Virus record (IMG/VR): IMGVR_UViG_3300037493_003022
Location: 32,001-96,000 of that record
From: a virus
DNA: 64,000 nucleotides
Strand: one strand, 5' to 3'
Positions 51,499 through 60,059 of this stretch are shown here, piece by piece (position 1 is the stretch's first letter; the number at the start of each line of letters is the position of its first letter). The translations under genes were made by a program, and so were the position numbers. The notes below the pieces were generated by a model. That model searched no databases and had not been told where the DNA came from. It saw only the letters and a list, made by a program, of their open reading frames with translations.

Positions 51499-51560
51499 TT
51501 TCCTTCTTTGTGGTTGTTGTTTCATGATGAAAGTATATCAAACAACCACAAAGAAAGAAA
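51499..51560. promoter_or_regulatory. Inverted repeat (19/20 bp) enclosing a -10 box and start codon
   Basis: TTCTTTGTGGTTGTT (51504-51518) / AACAACCACAAAGAA (51541-51555) with a 22-nt spacer containing TATACT-N6-ATG on the minus strand. Confidence 0.7.
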
Positions 51561-51757
51561 TGGTTATTAGTAATCTGCGGAAGGTAGCTTGGAACACGGA
51601 TAGTGAATCGAATAGGTATCTCTAATAGAAACTACTGGATCACCAAGATCGCAATCAACTCTCACATACCGTTTCTCTGACTTCGCATCGAGGGCAATTT
51701 TGCTGCCATCTCTTGTGATAGCGAATACGATCTCTTTACCGCATTCCTTGCAGAGCA

Positions 51758-52144
51758 TCAGGACGCCGGGGTGATGGTGACCTTGTCGTCTTTGAGAGTC
51801 ACGTTCGACATCTCATTGGCGAAGCGAGTCAGAGCGCTGATAACCTGCTCCTCGGACACGCCCGGACGCTCGGCGACGATGTGGGCAACCACATCAGCGA
51901 CCTTCACGTTCTTCTTGCCTTCGAGGTACTTGGCGATGATCGGCTTGATGCGGAAGCGCTGCGGGCCTTCCTTCTTGATGCCGACCTTCTTGCGCAGGTC
52001 CTTCAGCTCCACGTCGATCTGCTCCAGGCGAGCAGCGAGGGTGCTGCGCTCGGTCTCGAGCGTGCTGAGGGCGAGCTGGCCCTGCTCTTTCCAGGCGTTG
52101 TAATCGAAGGTGCTCATGTTCGTGTTCTCGTTGGTCATTTTCAT
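51758..52144 (-). CDS. Coiled-coil plus winged-helix-like DNA-binding protein
   Basis: N-terminal coiled coil; C-terminal helix-helix-helix-wing pattern; capsid-like codon bias. Confidence 0.65.
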   Translation of the reverse strand: MKMTNENTNMSTFDYNAWKEQGQLALSTLETERSTLAARLEQIDVELKDLRKKVGIKKEGPQRFRIKPIIAKYLEGKKNVKVADVVAHIVAERPGVSEEQVISALTRFANEMSNVTLKDDKVTITPAS

Positions 52145-52626
52145 ATCTCCTGTTGTGTCGGGAAAGTCCGACGGGTTTACATCCAGGACAACGCCAACTG
52201 GCGCGTGAGTCCTGTGCCGATCGTGTCGGCTGTTCTACGTGCGTAAATAGTCCCACCAGCCGGGAGACCTGAAGTCACCGTCTGGAGAGTCCCATTCGTA
52301 ACCACGACTCCTGTTGCGAACGAGTACCACCGAGTAGCGGCAGCCACGTAATTCGCGGGAGTTGCTTCTGCGTCAAGCGTCTCTGCGAGAGCGTACAGAG
52401 TAACCGTAAGCGTCTCGGTGCTTGTTCCCAGCAAAGCCAAGATAAGCTTTGTAGGAACTCGGGTAACCGTATTCTTAAACGAGAAAAAATGATTCGTCAA
52501 GATGGTAGTAGGAGCTGCTACGGGATCAACGTCCGCAACACCCTGACCGAAAGTACCAAAAGATTGAAGTCGCATTCTTTTCTCTCCTCGCTGTTTCCAG
52601 CTTACAGACTCTATCTTAGCGAAAAA

Positions 52627-55566
52627 TTACTCTTCGTCAAGTGAGCTGTCGTTCAAATCGGAACTTTTCTTCGTTGAAGGCGTAACATTTATGATCCTGT
52701 TAGCCTCTCGCTCAGCCTTTGTATTCCCGGAACCGCTAGTCCCATGACCCGTTGGTGCAAACACTGAGGCGAGCATCTTAGAGATGCTTCCAGAAGACGA
52801 AGATTTAGCTTGAATTACTAATTCTTCCTGCGCCCTTGGCTGGAAAATAACTCTCGCTTGCTGCACCATGCCTAGGAATTTCTGCATTTCGTTGGAGACG
52901 TTGGCGTCGAGAACACCGCCCTGAGCTTTCTCAAACATCACGCCAGTCATAACACGACCATACTCAGCCTCCAAGACGACTTGGATAGCTTTGTGAAGAT
53001 CTGCTGTTGTTTCAAGCCGGATGTTGATGTCGTACCCACAGGGCTCCTTAGCCTTGTACCGAGGACAACGACCACTCAGAAAGCAGGTGTCGCAGTGGAG
53101 AATTTCGTGGGCTCGATCGTCGAACCGAGCATCGTCAACTAGAGCGAGTCGTCGAGATTCTGCGCGAGCGAGAGACTGCTTGCGGTCAATCAAACCCTCG
53201 GTGTTGAACACCTTCGATTTGAGAGTGAGAGCCTGGTCCTTCTCCTCTGGAGTGAGCCAGTAGCAGTTCTGCACGTTGAAGCGAATCGAATCTGCCCACT
53301 GCTTCCAGGCAAGGGCGTTCATCAAGTCTACTTCTTTTCGCTTGTCGTCCTCGATGTCCTTCCAGACGATTCCGTTTTCTTCAAGTCTGGTTTTGAATCT
53401 TCTTCTAACGTCTTTATGAGTATGGTCGTAGTAGCGAATACGACCGTTTTGGAAGACCATGGTGTTGCCAAATCGCGAACCCCCAACCCAAGTAGTGTTG
53501 TGAGCAAGAATCTCGTTTGCAATAAACCGCTCAGCACCCGGAACTTCTAAGTCATATACTTCCCTTGTTTCCAGGGGCAGGGTCTCTATCTTTATAATTT
53601 TAAGATAGTTCAACTCAGATTCATAAACACCTGGATTAAAATACTTAGTGTAATCAGTTCTTCCGACGAATTCAGTTTCGGAATCCCAAAGATCACCGCT
53701 AATCCATCTACCACGACAGTGCGCGAGGGAAGCGGGAATTCTCGAATGGTACGGAAGTCTCTTTTCCTTTCTATAAGTGACAACTTTTCTCTTCGTAAAG
53801 AAACCTATTTTGGATTCAAACTTTTTCTTAGCTTCATTTGAAGAGATTGTAACCCGGTAGTGTTTGGTATTAGACAAACCTTTTGAACAAGGAATGCCCA
53901 TCAAAAATAAAGCTGCGAAAACTTGGTCAGATAACTCCTCGCTAATGGAAGAAGTATACGGCTTATCACCTGCGCTACCATCAGAGCTAAAATAACCCCT
54001 CAAAACATGACATGCTTGTTCTTCACTCAAAGACCAGAACCAGCCTGGAAAGGCTTTATTTGCTGCCCCGGAAGGGAACCCCGCTGCTCGAAGCCATCGA
54101 GCAAAAGAGTGGCTTGAAAAAGAAGTGTCTCCTTGTTCATGCTCAGTTAGAACTCTGTCGAACCGACTAGCAATCAACCTTGCCAACTCGACTGGTTCTT
54201 TGTCTAAACCACAAGAGCAATTAATAGAGGTCTCGCTAGAAAAACTCCCGTTTCCAACCCAGTAGCCTAGAAACTCTAACATCTCCTTGTCTAACTCGAC
54301 ACAGAGTTTTTCTGTTGGAGAATCATGCCAACGATTGTTCAGATAAGGAACGCTGTAGGAGAACTCCAACTTCTCCAAGCCCTGTCCAAGCCATTTACCT
54401 CGGCTAGGGCATACTATCCAATCACCTTCTTCAAGAAGGGATGGTTTAGTCTCTAAAAGATCTCCTTCAGGCCCCATTCTAAACAAACTGTGATCGGAAG
54501 TAACTTCAAGAGATAAACCACTGGCAACTGTAATCTTTAGGAATTCCTTCTTTACAGTATGCTTAACGACACTCCTCAAAGGAACCCATTTGGTTACATA
54601 CTTGCCATCTTCTTCGACAACAGAGAGCGTCTCTGAATCGGGAGTTGCGACCCTACCCTCGAAACCCACTAATTCTTCGTTGTCCTTAAAACTATTATAG
54701 AGATCTTCTATTGAAATTCGTTCTGGGTATGGTCCTTGTTTGAACCAAACCTTGCTAGAACCACCTACGGAAGAATCGATCGAGTACCACTTGCCGCGTA
54801 TAACCACATCGGCAGCGGTAGCACCGAATCCATGAAACACGCATCCATACTCTCTACCTTTGTTGGTAATCTCGATGATGTCGGCGAGATGTTTTGGATT
54901 CCCAATCATAGCGGAACCAATCGCTATGTAAGGATACTTATCGTACCAACCCATCTCAACTAACTGGTTCACAGATTCATTCTGAACAACGGGAACGACG
55001 GGGACGTTTGATGCAAGGAGATCGTCCTTGAACTCCTCCATTTGATACTGAGTAAATTTCGCATGAACGTCAACCTCAGCACACCCAGCAAACAAATGTC
55101 CGATCCGTTTAAGCTCCTGATAGTAGTCCTTCGTGTACTCCTCAACGTCCATCCCCAAATCCTTACCGCCGTTGATGGCTTGGATCAGAGAGAAACCCCC
55201 GGAATCGAGGAAAACGAAATCGAATCTACCTAGGTCTTCTGCGATCTCCTGAACAGTTAGTTTCTTGAGCCATTTCCTAGAATAAAAGTACGAGATAAGG
55301 ATGTTCCTAACACCAATTCGATACAGACCATCTCGATACTCTCGACCATCGGCTCCAGCGAAGCAGAGCTTAATACCGAAGCATCTTCTATCCAACTGAA
55401 GTGTTCGGTCCCACTTCATGAGAAAAGAATCTAACTTAGGACTTCGGATAGTTCCCGTAGCAAGCTGCTCATCAGTCTTCCCTTCGTCATCGTTTGGGAG
55501 TTCCATATCCTCCGTTGGAATCTTTACGTTTTCAAACTGGTCGATAGTATCGAAATCGTCTGACAT
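52627..55566 (-). CDS. TGT/DpdA-like 7-deazaguanine transglycosylase with an intein and a C-terminal Cys4/helical extension
   Basis: ILISYFY, FLDSGGFS, YIAIG, FHGFG, WYSIDS|TTW..GSRFG TGT-fold motifs; CDTC...C...C; clustered with queCDE and folE. Confidence 0.8.
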   Translation of the reverse strand: MSDDFDTIDQFENVKIPTEDMELPNDDEGKTDEQLATGTIRSPKLDSFLMKWDRTLQLDRRCFGIKLCFAGADGREYRDGLYRIGVRNILISYFYSRKWLKKLTVQEIAEDLGRFDFVFLDSGGFSLIQAINGGKDLGMDVEEYTKDYYQELKRIGHLFAGCAEVDVHAKFTQYQMEEFKDDLLASNVPVVPVVQNESVNQLVEMGWYDKYPYIAIGSAMIGNPKHLADIIEITNKGREYGCVFHGFGATAADVVIRGKWYSIDSSVGGSSKVWFKQGPYPERISIEDLYNSFKDNEELVGFEGRVATPDSETLSVVEEDGKYVTKWVPLRSVVKHTVKKEFLKITVASGLSLEVTSDHSLFRMGPEGDLLETKPSLLEEGDWIVCPSRGKWLGQGLEKLEFSYSVPYLNNRWHDSPTEKLCVELDKEMLEFLGYWVGNGSFSSETSINCSCGLDKEPVELARLIASRFDRVLTEHEQGDTSFSSHSFARWLRAAGFPSGAANKAFPGWFWSLSEEQACHVLRGYFSSDGSAGDKPYTSSISEELSDQVFAALFLMGIPCSKGLSNTKHYRVTISSNEAKKKFESKIGFFTKRKVVTYRKEKRLPYHSRIPASLAHCRGRWISGDLWDSETEFVGRTDYTKYFNPGVYESELNYLKIIKIETLPLETREVYDLEVPGAERFIANEILAHNTTWVGGSRFGNTMVFQNGRIRYYDHTHKDVRRRFKTRLEENGIVWKDIEDDKRKEVDLMNALAWKQWADSIRFNVQNCYWLTPEEKDQALTLKSKVFNTEGLIDRKQSLARAESRRLALVDDARFDDRAHEILHCDTCFLSGRCPRYKAKEPCGYDINIRLETTADLHKAIQVVLEAEYGRVMTGVMFEKAQGGVLDANVSNEMQKFLGMVQQARVIFQPRAQEELVIQAKSSSSGSISKMLASVFAPTGHGTSGSGNTKAEREANRIINVTPSTKKSSDLNDSSLDEE
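53497..54771 (-). mobile_element. Intein (425 aa) with LAGLIDADG endonuclease in the TGT-like gene
   Basis: IDS|SVGGSSKV...VTSDHSLF...FLGYWVGNGS...LRGYFSSDGS...VYDLEV...ILAHN|TTW. Confidence 0.9.
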
Positions 55567-55575
55567 ATCTTCCTC

Positions 55576-56754
55576 TTATATCCCGCGAGTCCTTCCGCGA
55601 GCTATGGCGGAACCCATGGTCTCAGTATAAATCTTAACGTAGTTCTCAACTAATGTTGACCACAGAAACTGTTTTGCGTGCTCGAATAAAACAGTGCGGT
55701 CAAAGGGTTCCGCTGAAAGAGCAGCGACAATCTTCTGGAGAGTCTCGTAGGAGTTCGGGTCTTTCCAGTCGCCCATGGAGATGAGTGGGCCACTCCAGCT
55801 ATCAGGTTCTGGATTGAAGCAGACTACGTTCTTGCCGAAAGAAAAAGCGGCGAAGTTGTTGTCATTCCCAATCTTCGAGGGATCGAGAACAAACGAGCAA
55901 GTATCCAAGAGATTCTCGAATTCCTTGGATGGCGGGTTAACGAGGAACTCCCGAACCTTTGGATGAGACTTCTTTATGAGGTCCCTCAGTTTGTGCTCCT
56001 TCATCTCATTGAAGGAAGAAAGAACGATCTGAACCCCCATCTCCGGGTGGAGATTCTGAAGCAGCCGGGGAATAAGCTCCGCTCCCGCGACAGAGGAGGA
56101 CAGCGAAGGAAGAGAAATCAGAACGAACTTCTCATCCTTGTGCTCTCTCTTTTCATCAACAGAGTAGACACCCTCGGGCATCGCGTAAGCTGACTTCCCA
56201 TGCTGCTGGACCTTCTTCGCAAGCTTCTGACTGGCGGCGATTACGCAGTCTGCGTGCTGCATGGTGAGAATTTCCGCTGTGAACGCAGACCAGGCCAATT
56301 CTTTCTTCCTGATAGGAAAGTAGTCGATGGGAGAAAGTCCTTGGCAAATTTCGGAATCGAAATCGTACGAGCTGCAAGAGACACTATCCACGAAATCCTT
56401 TGCGTATCGAACGACAGTGGGGGTTCCACCAACCAACTGCTCGACAATCAGAGGGGAACAGTCGCAATCAGCCTGTACGATGTCAGGCTTCAATGGGAGG
56501 AGCATCTCGTGAATGAGAGAAGCCCGGTGGTAGTTATCGGATACGTTCGGCATAAGCAAGACATCGATAGGACCGTATTGATAAGAAAGCGGCTGCTCAT
56601 CGACAGGCTTGTTCTGGATTGCGATGACGCAGACTTCGTGACCGTTTTCGCAAAGAGCGTTTGCGAGACCCAAGGTGTACTTTGCGCGAGGATCCTGAAC
56701 ATCATCAGAATTCTCATGGTAAAAAGGCGACTTTGTGAAAAGAACGATATTCAT
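55576..56754 (-). CDS. GT-B (GT4-like) glycosyltransferase, divergent
   Basis: MNIVLFT...LANALCENGHEVCVI...KPDIVQ...ADCVIAAS...F.W...Y.KIY; the C-terminal E-X7-E motif is degenerate. Confidence 0.8.
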   Translation of the reverse strand: MNIVLFTKSPFYHENSDDVQDPRAKYTLGLANALCENGHEVCVIAIQNKPVDEQPLSYQYGPIDVLLMPNVSDNYHRASLIHEMLLPLKPDIVQADCDCSPLIVEQLVGGTPTVVRYAKDFVDSVSCSSYDFDSEICQGLSPIDYFPIRKKELAWSAFTAEILTMQHADCVIAASQKLAKKVQQHGKSAYAMPEGVYSVDEKREHKDEKFVLISLPSLSSSVAGAELIPRLLQNLHPEMGVQIVLSSFNEMKEHKLRDLIKKSHPKVREFLVNPPSKEFENLLDTCSFVLDPSKIGNDNNFAAFSFGKNVVCFNPEPDSWSGPLISMGDWKDPNSYETLQKIVAALSAEPFDRTVLFEHAKQFLWSTLVENYVKIYTETMGSAIARGRTRGI

Positions 56755-57725
56755 TTTGACTCCTTTGTTTGCTGGCCAGTCTTCTCCTCTAGAAGATTGG
56801 ACATTTTCTCGATAAATTCCGGGTCAAGAGTAGCGAGTTTAACCATCACATATGCCAGGTGCTCTCTTCGTCGAGCATCCCAATCGGACATCTTCGTATA
56901 GTTGTCATCTTCTTCGCGAACACCACCGGAAGGTGCGGTAACGTGCCACGAGACACAACCTGTATCAAAGAAGAACTTATATCCAAAGAACTTTGCAATC
57001 TGAATCATCCAGACTGCGTCTGCGTGCATGGAACAGTGGCCAATATCTTCCCATAGAACCCTGGCGTCAGGCTTCATAAAGAAGTTGGCAGCCGACGCGA
57101 GATGGGAATACCGAATCCCCACATCGTTCATGAAGCGAGAAAACTGACCGGGTTCGAGAACGAGTTCTCCCTTCTCGATGCAGCACTGGGTAATGGGAAC
57201 ACTCTCAGGCCAGGAGATGTACGGGAGACCCTCCGGGCCTGAGTAGGAAGAACCTGTCTTCTTCATGTACGGAGTCATGGCACTCACAAGGACAGGAGCA
57301 CCGTGCTTTTGCATCTGCTCATTGCACGCCTTCTTCAGACGCTCCAGAGTGTCCGGCTGGAGAAGGTGGTCATCATCCGTCTTGTAGAGATATTCGTACC
57401 CCTTGAACACAGCCTCAGTGAGAATGAAGTTGACGGCAGCCACTTCAGATCTCCCCGCGACTTTCACATGCTCATAGAAGCAGTCGTGACCGAGAGCGTT
57501 GAGAGTGGAAAGAAACCGCTCAACGGGAGCTTCTAAAATATCGAGAGGCTCATCACCGGTATCCACGATGAGAACATCGAAGGCTTGCTCAGTCTGGTGA
57601 ATGAGCGAGGACAAAAGGATGCTCAGATACTCAGGACGATCCCGAGTAGGAATAGCCACGAGAATCTTCTCATCCTTTGAGAGTAAAGAAATCTCGATAT
57701 AATTCAATGGCTCTTTCTTTTTCAT
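56751..57725 (-). CDS. GT-A (GT2-like) glycosyltransferase
   Basis: VAIPTRDRP...L.SL..QT...IVDTG...KTDDDH...H...PSGG. Confidence 0.88.
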   Translation of the reverse strand: MKKKEPLNYIEISLLSKDEKILVAIPTRDRPEYLSILLSSLIHQTEQAFDVLIVDTGDEPLDILEAPVERFLSTLNALGHDCFYEHVKVAGRSEVAAVNFILTEAVFKGYEYLYKTDDDHLLQPDTLERLKKACNEQMQKHGAPVLVSAMTPYMKKTGSSYSGPEGLPYISWPESVPITQCCIEKGELVLEPGQFSRFMNDVGIRYSHLASAANFFMKPDARVLWEDIGHCSMHADAVWMIQIAKFFGYKFFFDTGCVSWHVTAPSGGVREEDDNYTKMSDWDARRREHLAYVMVKLATLDPEFIEKMSNLLEEKTGQQTKESK

Positions 57726-58600
57726 TTGCCTTCTCTCCCTTTTCGTAGTTCGGCTATCTGCCAAATCAAGAAATAGCCGCTGGTATCCTTTACGTCGTTG
57801 TCACTTGGATAAGCTTCTCCGCGAGCAAATCGGGATAGCTTATCATCGATTCGAACTTTGATCTGCTCAATCGGATCGGCTTTGCTGAGAATGCGAACTG
57901 GATTCAGAGCCGAGTCACCGTACGTTTTGTTCTTAAATAGCAAGAACGACTTCATCTCAGCTAGAACTTCGTCTAGATCTTTTTCGAAATCTGTTCTAGT
58001 AGGATCAACCCAACCTAAACGTGAATGATCGCAGGAGCACTCTCCGGTTGAACTCGCAGCTCTAATCTCTGCGTCAGACAACCCTCTAGGATTTTCGTGA
58101 GGAGCAACTGGTGTTTTCTCCTCAAATCTACCGGGATATTTTGCCCCATTTAGCACTACGTTTCCGTCCGCTGTAACCTCGCAAGGAACAGTAAACATAT
58201 GACAGATGTCGCTATTTTTATGGATTCCTTTTTTACCTTTAGTGCAATGGTTGTAATCAAAAAAGCAACACGATCCGCAGAGCCTAACAAGAGACATGGC
58301 TTCCTCTTCTCCTTTCGTAAAAGGTTTTCCAATGGATTCAAGATAATTTCTCAAACAACTTAACTCCTCAGTATTGGGAGTACTCTCATAAAATAAATCG
58401 CATTCAAAAATACCATCTGCCATCACATATGTATCTTTGACGCTACAGAATTTATCTCTGTAATAGTGGCACTTTGAACACAAACTCATGGTTATCTCCC
58501 TTTTATAGAACGAACTGCATTCAGAAGATCCTAGTACGTGAGTGGTCTGTCGGCCACAAACCGTACCATCTGAACGGACACACTTATCGCATAAACTCAT
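57722..58600 (-). CDS. Cys-rich repeat protein with a C-terminal nucleotide-modification-associated domain (Nmad1/DUF1599-like)
   Basis: Three LCxxC...C...C repeats; KN.TYGDSALNPVRI.SKAD..EQIKVRIDDKLSR...D..GY. Confidence 0.75.
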   Translation of the reverse strand: MSLCDKCVRSDGTVCGRQTTHVLGSSECSSFYKREITMSLCSKCHYYRDKFCSVKDTYVMADGIFECDLFYESTPNTEELSCLRNYLESIGKPFTKGEEEAMSLVRLCGSCCFFDYNHCTKGKKGIHKNSDICHMFTVPCEVTADGNVVLNGAKYPGRFEEKTPVAPHENPRGLSDAEIRAASSTGECSCDHSRLGWVDPTRTDFEKDLDEVLAEMKSFLLFKNKTYGDSALNPVRILSKADPIEQIKVRIDDKLSRFARGEAYPSDNDVKDTSGYFLIWQIAELRKGREGK

Positions 58601-58602
58601 AA

Positions 58603-59430
58603 CTACTTTCTCAACATGTTAAGAAAAGCATCAGGATTCTCAAGGCACGCTTCATGGAGCTTGTAGAACATCGAAGTCCCCCAGTTGCCTCTTTCCGCCT
58701 GGGAAGGGTGCTCAAAGTGATGGCAGAGTGCTTTTGAAGTGAAGACACCCTCGCCCATCTTCGCGGTCATGTAGGTGTCCTCTCTCGGGAGCCTTCCGAA
58801 CTCACCAATCTCTGAGCACTCCTTCAAGAAGGAACTCCTGCGGAGAAGGATGGCTTGCGTACCCGAGCAGGGAATCAGACACTCCAGAGTTTCCGTGTAT
58901 TGGAAGTATGGAATGAACCACGGGTACTTCTGCGTCCACATTTGAACAGACGGATCCGCGATGTCAACTGGAGTATCGCGGTATCCATCTGCCGCAAAAC
59001 TCGCGGGAACCAAGAGGCAAGTAGGAACAGCCCACGGGGTTTCTTCTCGGATGATCGCATTGATAAGTCCCTCTGAGCAGTTGGGTTCAAGAACTACGTC
59101 ATCGTCGATCATGAGAACGAACTCATTGCGAGCTTCCCTAACGAGTTCGAGTCGGGCAGCTCCGATGCCCTGCTTATTGCGGTTTCGAAGAATCTTGATT
59201 CGGACACCCTTTAGAGAAAGGACATCGAGGGCTTGGTTGATGCAGTAGTTCTCTGAGACCGGCTTCTTTGCCTCGTCAAGAAGAATCACTTCCGTTGGGA
59301 GATTCGTTTGGTGAGCAAGCGCCATGAGAACCATAGGGAGAGTTTCCTCTCTGCCGATGGTAGGAATGGCGGCCGAGTACACACGAACTTTCCCGGCGTC
59401 ACTTGCAGTTGATTTTTGAATCTTTGCCAT
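58603..59430 (-). CDS. GT-A (GT2-like) glycosyltransferase
   Basis: AIPTIGR...L..QT.LP.EVILLD...GIGAAR...VLMIDDDV...REDT. Confidence 0.88.
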   Translation of the reverse strand: MAKIQKSTASDAGKVRVYSAAIPTIGREETLPMVLMALAHQTNLPTEVILLDEAKKPVSENYCINQALDVLSLKGVRIKILRNRNKQGIGAARLELVREARNEFVLMIDDDVVLEPNCSEGLINAIIREETPWAVPTCLLVPASFAADGYRDTPVDIADPSVQMWTQKYPWFIPYFQYTETLECLIPCSGTQAILLRRSSFLKECSEIGEFGRLPREDTYMTAKMGEGVFTSKALCHHFEHPSQAERGNWGTSMFYKLHEACLENPDAFLNMLRK

Positions 59431-60059
59431 TTTTCAACTCTCTTTCTCTCTTTCGACGATATTGCGTTTCCGCATTTTTAAGCTGACCACATTTCTTTCG
59501 GGCAGCTTTCTCTTCACTCAAAGGGAATATACACGACTCAGTAATGGGTGAACCAAATCCCATAACAAAATGGTCTATTTTAACTCTTGATGAAGTTAAG
59601 GTTCCCAAGTGCTCAATCCTAATAGCCACTAATTTAGCTACATGGATTGTATAGTTCTTAATCGGAGTTTCTTTCTCATGGCCGCACTCCCCGCAAGCTT
59701 CAAATATGTTCGTAGGAACGATCACATAATGAAGTTCTCCGAGAGTGAATTTAGACTCAATCGTCGTTGGCATTTGAGGACCGCTTCTCTCTTGCGAGTT
59801 TAAGTCTTTCAGACATAGCCAACCGTTGCTCATCTGTAATCGTTCGAGTGCTATCTTCCTTCAGAACTTGTCCCTTTAGCCGGTGGTTATACTTAGCCCA
59901 CTCTAAATCAGGGGTTGCCTTTTTATAGGGCATCCACGAGTAAAGAGGGCAGGCATTGACTCCGCAGTCATCCTTGTCGTCAAAATAATAACCACAGCAT
60001 TCATGACACTTGGCTAGGATAGCCTCCGAACGAGTTACTCTGTCGTTTTCTTGAACCAT
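59399..60059 (-). CDS. Two small Cys-containing hypothetical genes (59399-59773, 59757-60059)
   Basis: CGECG; AILAKCHECCG...C....CPLY; overlapping coupled ORFs. Confidence 0.6.

Larger units (their letters stand above)
34167..52575 (-). other. Dense array of dozens of small hypothetical early/middle genes
   Basis: Short minus-strand ORFs with GGAG-type RBS and ATGA/TAATG coupling; many Cys-rich zinc-finger-like proteins. Confidence 0.8.
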
